From Planctomycetota bacterium (GTDB lineage Bacteria; Planctomycetota; SZUA-567; H5-PLA8): DNA of 64,000 nt. This document shows positions 59,101 to 64,000 of this stretch, one piece after another (position 1 is the first letter of the stretch; every line of letters begins with the position of its first letter). The position numbers and the translations under genes are program-made. Below the pieces are notes generated by a model. The model worked only from the letters and a program-made list of their open reading frames with translations, had not been told where the DNA came from and did no database searches. The stretch is from NCBI GenBank assembly GCA_038227875.1, contig JBBRPR010000008.1, forward strand, positions 32,001-96,000. The letters are read 5' to 3'.

Positions 59101-59355
59101 TATTGCGAGGTGCCGGTGAAGAACGACGGCACCTACTCCACACCGTTGCCGGGTGGCGTGCAGGTAATGCTCTCCGCGCGAGCTGACGTCCGACCTCAAC
59201 AGTTGGATGGGCGAAGCGACTGGAAAAAAGTCGGCGCCAACCAGAATGTGACGGAGGACCTGACGCTGCTGACGCCCACCGAACAAATGACGCCGAAGCC
59301 TCCCGGACCACCGAAGCCCGCGGCACGCCCGAAAGATTCGAATTCCGATTTCTGA
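56104..59355 (+). CDS. ECF sigma-70 factor with TM helix and carboxypeptidase-regulatory-like beta-sandwich repeats
   Basis: AEDAAQAVF.VLA.KA, WLYRT, LVLHYL.G; repeated G.VVD..G.PV. Confidence 0.88.
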   Translation: MNAVTAPHSPDEALLDDFVQRGSEDAFRQLAERHAGLVHGTALRLLKGDAAAAEDAAQAVFIVLAQKARSISNRAALPAWLYRTTLLVVENIRRVDARRRKHEAEAAKMAELHSHASNSDPVETLPPEVDVAISKLNPKLQDALVLHYLKGLPREDVAHALGCSLDAVHKRLSGAVEKLRATLAGQGVSLSAPGLVAALSAQALHAAPAGCAASCHAAALGAAKLAAASTVPAGLAKGAIKMLWWSQVKTVAVVTCAALALLASGFSVQKYLRADDAPLPERPPAGDAKPVVAAPLPFPVTKVIGIVLNNKTHQPIAGVQVGLYCRGPERAPEFQSDHKPAVELKANGSNLLLVPGTASQNGIPVAVTGADGSFEISFMSPLRQRLHCDLALMETSAVPCQFTAYQGETVRLDPVQLEPRQTFRVKIVDDKGNPVANSKLKISGSDYSTDQKGSFVASVVPQNGINWDITAPGFELKRQTIKRADEKQDVEIRLTPCKPVTGKVVDAQGRPVPNVRIYAGTESMGHLPNWYTESDAKGDFVLATMPENGAPTPLYPTRGYDTIGAIQHASPGQTGVVLQLYPAGSIEILVVDEKGAPMAHARPRLMSDDMSKTRWTQTDENGVAVIEGMAAGSFKLDLPNVTRDEKVPPPQPVTIQENQTTKARLVCEHPADARPVIVSGSLVDRQGQPVLHAMVMACVRSGGAFLESAPHGNSFVDADGKFELALWPDSEPLNRRRTPMWSPLEPEGDNKLRLSAVFTDGQGREYFVDSTVPWTAGTKNFDAGKLTAALDPERTVAIDSEPRVWLERVQDAQGRDIHCRALAPANPEARGLRFVVRNSGELKAQLRNSTGEVVSVTVPSIKSGETQAPVVAQFASPRKVTFTIQDEDGKPLAGARFFSLSEDVNAFSQGVNQKSSATGELTFDCASKSAGRCLIYSGLSRELYFVNIPAAETPFVQTVKIEKASAVLSGRVTDSSGKVIAIHRLNLQLNCEGRQSALEYCEVPVKNDGTYSTPLPGGVQVMLSARADVRPQQLDGRSDWKKVGANQNVTEDLTLLTPTEQMTPKPPGPPKPAARPKDSNSDF

Positions 59356-59362
59356 CGCTCCA

Positions 59363-59485
59363 CTACTTCGCCGCTTTCTTGCAGCGATACGCCCACGTCT
59401 CGTGGTTGTTGTAGATCACCGTCACGTTCCGTTCCGGGTCGTAGTAGCCGGCGACGTTGCCGATTTTCGGCTGCTCGCCCGGTGA
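59363..59485 (-). pseudogene. 3' remnant of a beta-propeller (kelch-like) protein gene
   Basis: Manual translation PGEQPKIGNVAGYYDPERNVTVIYNNHETWAYRCKKAAK* with genome-like GC3; the frame is closed by TGA at 59528-59530. Confidence 0.55.
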
Positions 59486-59520
59486 TACCCGCAATGCCGT
59501 TCCTCGCCCATCTAACACAA

Positions 59521-59640
59521 AAGCTGCTCATTCACGCTCATTTACGCTCAAACACGCTCAAACACGCTCATTCCTGCTCATTCGCGCTCATTCCTGCTCA
59601 TTTCAAACCATTTGCTATCAAACACGCTCATTTTAGCTCA
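59521..59640. repeat. tandem array, 12 x 10 bp (consensus WWCACGCTCA)
   Basis: aagctgctca ttcacgctca tttacgctca aacacgctca aacacgctca ttcctgctca ttcgcgctca ttcctgctca tttcaaacca tttgctatca aacacgctca ttttagctca. Confidence 0.9.
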
Positions 59641-59724
59641 TTCGCAAGATTTCACTTGATTTTCGGGTTTCTCGACCGCTTATATATAGAGAGAGAATTC
59701 AATGTATTGAGGGCACTACCCACT

Positions 59725-59859
59725 GCACCCCTGAGGGGTGCTAGAAAAAACGCGATCTTTATTTGGAGCACCGCATGCCATCCACATATCTCAGGCGCAC
59801 CACAGTACGGAATTTTTCGCGACTAACGAACTCGACGTCTAGCACCCTTCCGGGGTGCC
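59725..59859. repeat. inverted pair of REP-like hairpins (GCACCCC-N-GGGTGCTAGA)
   Basis: gcacccctgaggggtgctaga vs tctagcacccttccggggtgcc. Confidence 0.6.
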
Positions 59860-59940
59860 GCCGCGATTTCGAGAGCTCTGAAAGAGCGAAATCGTCCCAC
59901 GCACGCGCCGTGCCCTACCGCCAACTTGCTGAAAGCGCGT

Positions 59941-60816
59941 CTACTCTGAGCCCTGGCCCCTGACCCCTGGCCGCTCGCGGCTTGCCGCGCCCCTTCGCCG
60001 TCGTCGAATTCTCCATTCAGAAAGGATTCCAACCAAAATAAGAATGAAAAGTGCCGTCAGCACATTGAGTACGATGCGGGAAGGAAAGTAAGTCGTTGCC
60101 TCCACGTCTGGACACGCAGCAAGCATCGATTGGTCTATCGTTGAGCCATGGTTCAGCTGTTCAGTCCAGTGATGCGTGGAAATCCGCGCCTCAAACGGCC
60201 ATCCGTAACTATCAAATGCCGAGGGATCAGATGACATGCCCTGTCGGCGCACATTTGCAAATAGGAACGCGCTCGACAGCAACATGAGCAGCATTGCCGT
60301 GCCGAGGTGAATATGAAAAATGCTCCGCTTGATCGGCAGGGATGTCGCCCCGGGCGTGCCCAATCTGCGAACGACCAGGGTCATGAACGCAAGCAGGAGC
60401 AGCCAGATCAAAATGTCGTATAAAAAATTGTCGTACCCATCCTCGGATCCCGGAGCAACGAAAAAGAGCGTCGATGGCGGAGACGATTCTGGATTCCAGC
60501 CGCTCGGAGTCGGTTTGACGCAAGTGGAACGCAACGAAAATGGAAACGGCCAGCCGAACCTGCTGTCGCAGCGGCAACAGTAGTCCGCTGGAATCTGGCC
60601 GTGCTCCAATGGATTTTGTTCGTTCCAGAATTGGATATTCTTTTGTGATTCGACTGCATTCTCAAGAGTTATGGGATGAAGTGTACTGTTGAAGAAATTG
60701 GGTTCGAGATAATCAACAGATCGCGGAATAAGATTCAGTCCAACGACAATAAAAATTGCGAGGAGGGACACTGCGCAACGCAAAACCCTTAGAGACCGGT
60801 CAGTCATGGTGAACAT
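59941..60816 (-). CDS. lower-GC membrane hypothetical protein with internally duplicated GWPF module
   Basis: RFGWPFPF and SYGWPFEA, each between TM helices; FHIHLGT motif; start uncertain (60816 or 60807). Confidence 0.65.
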   Translation of the reverse strand: MFTMTDRSLRVLRCAVSLLAIFIVVGLNLIPRSVDYLEPNFFNSTLHPITLENAVESQKNIQFWNEQNPLEHGQIPADYCCRCDSRFGWPFPFSLRSTCVKPTPSGWNPESSPPSTLFFVAPGSEDGYDNFLYDILIWLLLLAFMTLVVRRLGTPGATSLPIKRSIFHIHLGTAMLLMLLSSAFLFANVRRQGMSSDPSAFDSYGWPFEARISTHHWTEQLNHGSTIDQSMLAACPDVEATTYFPSRIVLNVLTALFILILVGILSEWRIRRRRRGAASRERPGVRGQGSE

Positions 60817-61077
60817 CCTAATGCCACCATTTAGCAAATGAGCGCGCATTATCGGCACCTCGTGCGCCGCGTGCACCAAAGAACCGCCCCCAACCGATGT
60901 AACATTCAGTAACATTATGTCGCATCCAAGACACAGGAACGAACATGCCCCGACCCCCGCCAACCTCGATTCCCCACGCGCCCGCGCCCATCCAATCCAC
61001 AATCCGCAATGCAGTTGTCTCCGCCCATTCATCACTCATCATTCATCACACATCGCTCAGAACCCCCGGAGGTCGGG

Positions 61078-62472
61078 ATGCGGACGAAACTTCAGGCGCC
61101 GTGGCGGTACGCGATCGTTGCGTTCACCGTGCTCGCCGCCTTTGCCCTCACCTGGTACGTGCCGTGGCTTAAATTCCACGGCTCGTTCCTGCTTTTCTTC
61201 GGCGCGGTCACCTTCAGCGCCTGGTTCGGCGGGCGAGGCCCAGGCTTGCTCGCCTGCCTGTTGGCGGGGCTGCTGTGGGACTACTACATCTTCGATCCGC
61301 CGGGCGAATTCTCCACCAGCGCCGAGGCCATCGTCCCGTTGATCATGTTCATCGTCGTCGCGATGCTCACCGGCTCACTGACCACGGGGCTCTCCGAAGC
61401 CGAAGCCGCCGCGCGTAAGCAGCAGCAATGGCTGCAGGTGACGCTCTCCAGCATCGGCGACGGCGTGATCGCCACAGACGCCGCCGGCAAGGTCACGTTC
61501 ATGAACGATGTCGCCGAATCGCTCACTGGCTGGCGGCGGGCGCAGATGAATGGCCAGGCGCTTGAAAACGTCTTGAACATCCAGAACGGCGCGTCAGCGG
61601 CGGACGGCAACCCGCTCAAGCGCGTCTTCCTCGAGCGTACGAAAGTCGACGCGCCGGCCGGCGCGCTGCTCTCCGCGGCCAATGGAACGCGCCTGCCGAT
61701 CGAAGGACACGCGGCGCCGATCAAGGACGCCGATGACACGATGCTCGGCGCGGTCGTCGTCTTCCGCGACATCCACGAACGCGAGGAAGCACGCGGCAAA
61801 ATCCTGGAGTACCAGGAGCGCCTGCGCTCGATGGCTTCCGATCTGCTCCTGACCGAAGAGCGCGAACGCCGCGCGATCGCCGATGGCCTCCACGACCGCG
61901 TCGGCCAGTCCCTGGCGCTGACGCGCATCAAGCTCGGCACGCTGCGCGGCCGGCTCAGCGACACGGACGTCATCGCGCAGATCGACGATATCGCGGGGGT
62001 GCTCAAGCAGATGATCGGCGAAATCCGCTCGCTGACTTTCGAACTCAGCCCGCCGATCCTCTACGAATTCGGGCTCGACGCGGCGCTGGAATGGCTCACC
62101 ACCCACGTCAAGAAGCAGCACGATCTGTCCTGCGAATTCAAAACCAGCGGCGTGGCGCGGCCCTTCGCGCCAAAGACCGACGTGCTGCTCTTCCAGGCCA
62201 CGCGCGAACTGCTCACCAACGTCGTCAAGCACGCGCAGGCCAAACAGGCGACCGTCACGGTGCTTAAAGAGACCGATTGCGTGAGCGTGAAAGTCGAAGA
62301 TAATGGAGTCGGCTTCGATACACCCGACGGCATGCTGGCGCCGGGCCAGACCAAGGGCTTTGGCCTGTTCAGCATCCGTGAGCGGATCGAGCATTTGGGC
62401 GGAAAGTTCGAGATTCGTTCCGGGCGCGGGCACGGAACTTGCATTTCACTCACGTTGCCGGTGCTGACATGA
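61078..62472 (+). CDS. sensor histidine kinase (DUF4118-like TM + PAS + HisKA_3)
   Basis: AWFGGRGPG, TLSSIGDGVIATD, ERRAIA..LHD..GQ, ELLTNVVKHA, DNGVGF, GFGL.SIRER. Confidence 0.93.
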   Translation: MRTKLQAPWRYAIVAFTVLAAFALTWYVPWLKFHGSFLLFFGAVTFSAWFGGRGPGLLACLLAGLLWDYYIFDPPGEFSTSAEAIVPLIMFIVVAMLTGSLTTGLSEAEAAARKQQQWLQVTLSSIGDGVIATDAAGKVTFMNDVAESLTGWRRAQMNGQALENVLNIQNGASAADGNPLKRVFLERTKVDAPAGALLSAANGTRLPIEGHAAPIKDADDTMLGAVVVFRDIHEREEARGKILEYQERLRSMASDLLLTEERERRAIADGLHDRVGQSLALTRIKLGTLRGRLSDTDVIAQIDDIAGVLKQMIGEIRSLTFELSPPILYEFGLDAALEWLTTHVKKQHDLSCEFKTSGVARPFAPKTDVLLFQATRELLTNVVKHAQAKQATVTVLKETDCVSVKVEDNGVGFDTPDGMLAPGQTKGFGLFSIRERIEHLGGKFEIRSGRGHGTCISLTLPVLT

Positions 62473-63155
62473 GCTTACGAGCGAGTTCCAAGCGGGTTGA
62501 GAGCCAGACCATGGTGCGCGTGTTGCTGGTCGACGATCATAAAATCATGCGCGCCGGGCTGCGCTCGCTGTTGGAGAAGGAATCCGACATCGAAGTCGTC
62601 GCCGAGGCCGAGAACGGCGAGCAGGCCGTACGTCTGGCGCGCGAGAACAAGCCTGACATCGTGATCATGGACGTCGCGATGCCCGACATGAACGGCATCG
62701 AGGCCGCGACGCGCATCCGCGCCCTGCTGCCCAACGCGCGCATCATCGCGCTCACCATGCACTCCGATAAGAACTACCTGACCGGCATGCTGCGTGCCGG
62801 AACCGCCGGTTACCTGCTGAAAGACTGCGCCGCCGAGGAGTTGGTGCAGGCGATCAGACAGGTGATCGCGGGGAAGGGCTTCATCAGCCCGGAAATCGCG
62901 CCGCTGATTCTGGAAGATTATTCCGGCCAGACCCCGGCCGCGGCGAAGAGCGATTCGGTGCTTAACCCGAAAGAAATCGAAGTCCTGCAACTGCTCGCGG
63001 AAGGCATGGGCATCAAGGAGATCGCGGAGAAACTGGAGGTAAGCGGCAAAACGATCGAACGCTACAGAACGCAAGTCATGGAAAAATTGCAGCTCTTCAC
63101 CGTCGCGGAGCTGACCAAATACGCAATCCGGAAAGGCATCACAACCTTGGCGTAG
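62469..63155 (+). CDS. NarL/LuxR family response regulator
   Basis: LVDDH, PDIVIMD..MP, GYLLKD, LuxR HTH; ATGA overlap with the kinase (alternative start 62511). Confidence 0.95.
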   Translation: MSLRASSKRVESQTMVRVLLVDDHKIMRAGLRSLLEKESDIEVVAEAENGEQAVRLARENKPDIVIMDVAMPDMNGIEAATRIRALLPNARIIALTMHSDKNYLTGMLRAGTAGYLLKDCAAEELVQAIRQVIAGKGFISPEIAPLILEDYSGQTPAAAKSDSVLNPKEIEVLQLLAEGMGIKEIAEKLEVSGKTIERYRTQVMEKLQLFTVAELTKYAIRKGITTLA

Positions 63156-63216
63156 TACTTACTTTTTTTCGCGCAAAGTGCCCAACTCTGGGCAGCATGA
63201 CTATTCAACAGCAACC

Positions 63217-64000
63217 TTACGAAGCCAAACCCAGATTCACCAAGGCTCCAGAAAGATAATTTTCGGCGGCGACCCGAGCCCGGAACTCCCGGCTGTTCGC
63301 ATCGACCGTGCTCTCCACGCCCCGCGCATACGCCGCCAACGCCGCCCGCCGCACCGCCTGAGCCCAATGACTCAGCGCCACCTGAACATTCTGTGCGCCC
63401 AGTGATTCCAGCAACTCGTTGAAAGGATTTTCCAATGTACGCCAATAGAGCTGCTGAACTGTTGCCAGCCCTTCGTGCTGTGGCAGGCCGACGAGGAGTT
63501 GCATCGCCTGGCTCAACGCCGCCCCCGTGGACTCGCAGAGCTCCAAACCGAAATGCAGTCCACTCGAGGCTTCAGAATCGTCCACGAGCCGCTGCGGAAT
63601 TGGCAGCGCCAGATCCGTCTGCGCCAGCACCTTCGCGCGCTCGTTGGCCATGCCGAGTAGCTCGCACTGGATCGCCGGCGCGACGGAGAAGCAACCGCTG
63701 CGGCAGAGTTCCTCAAACTGCCTCAACGCCGCAGGACGCTGATCGCGGTCGCTGCCGCGGCGCCAGAACAGGTAGCCGCAATCGCGCCACGGCGTCCGGT
63801 CGATGGTCTGGCGCACGCCCTGCGCCCGGCCGGCGTACAGATAGGAAAGCGTGAGCGGATCATGTGGACGCCACGAGGACGCAGACGAATGCGACGCATC
63901 GAGCAATTCGCCCTGCGCGTAATACATCAAGCGCACACCGTTGGGTTCGTGGATGAGCTGGACGCAGCGGCTCTGCCAGGTCAGCAACTCAAGGTACCCG
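63217..64000 (-). CDS. casA: type I-E CRISPR Cascade large subunit Cas8e (Cse1/CasA), C-terminal part; 5' end outside the window
   Basis: GYLELLTWQSR (frame open to the edge), YAQG, DP, PWRD, ANERAKV..LPIP, YWRTLENPF..LL..L, W...V. Confidence 0.8.
   Translation of the reverse strand, partial: GYLELLTWQSRCVQLIHEPNGVRLMYYAQGELLDASHSSASSWRPHDPLTLSYLYAGRAQGVRQTIDRTPWRDCGYLFWRRGSDRDQRPAALRQFEELCRSGCFSVAPAIQCELLGMANERAKVLAQTDLALPIPQRLVDDSEASSGLHFGLELCESTGAALSQAMQLLVGLPQHEGLATVQQLYWRTLENPFNELLESLGAQNVQVALSHWAQAVRRAALAAYARGVESTVDANSREFRARVAAENYLSGALVNLGLAS

Noticed and set aside
59521..59640. Tandem array as a possible CRISPR for the nearby casA
   Set aside because: 10-bp period with no unique spacers; incompatible with a repeat-spacer structure
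59891..59920. ATCGTCCCACGCACG...ACCG resembling a type I-E repeat
   Set aside because: Single copy that lacks the complementary GGGG arm of the stem; no second repeat at spacer distance

Overview
High-GC bacterial chromosomal window. The gene content suggests an uncultured Planctomycetota lineage (inference): membrane-anchored ECF sigma factors with very long C-terminal extensions, a Pro-rich Ser/Thr kinase, a sulfatase, a sialate O-acetylesterase and DUF58. It carries about 50 genes: housekeeping (fbp, trpS, folP, cdaA/cdaR-like, RluA- and RlmI-like enzymes, two Hsp20, ParA), carbohydrate-use genes and regulators. Three loci stand out. (1) A translationally coupled 4-gene operon at 12508-15863 (unknown basic protein, SAM methyltransferase, ATP-dependent RNA ligase, HD-phosphoesterase/P-loop kinase) looks like a heal-seal-protect RNA repair system that does not use canonical Hen1-Pnkp. 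(2) A RadC/JAB protein is fused to an EndoIII-like four-cysteine Fe-S motif. (3) At the right edge is the 3' half of a type I-E Cas8e/CasA gene with no cas11/cas7/cas5/cas6 downstream and no CRISPR array in the window. Also seen: three frameshifted genes, a 3' gene remnant next to a 12x10-bp tandem array, several REP/MITE-like intergenic elements and two sigma-54 promoters. No rRNA, tRNA, transposase or CRISPR array was recognised. All calls come from motif recognition by eye, not database searches.
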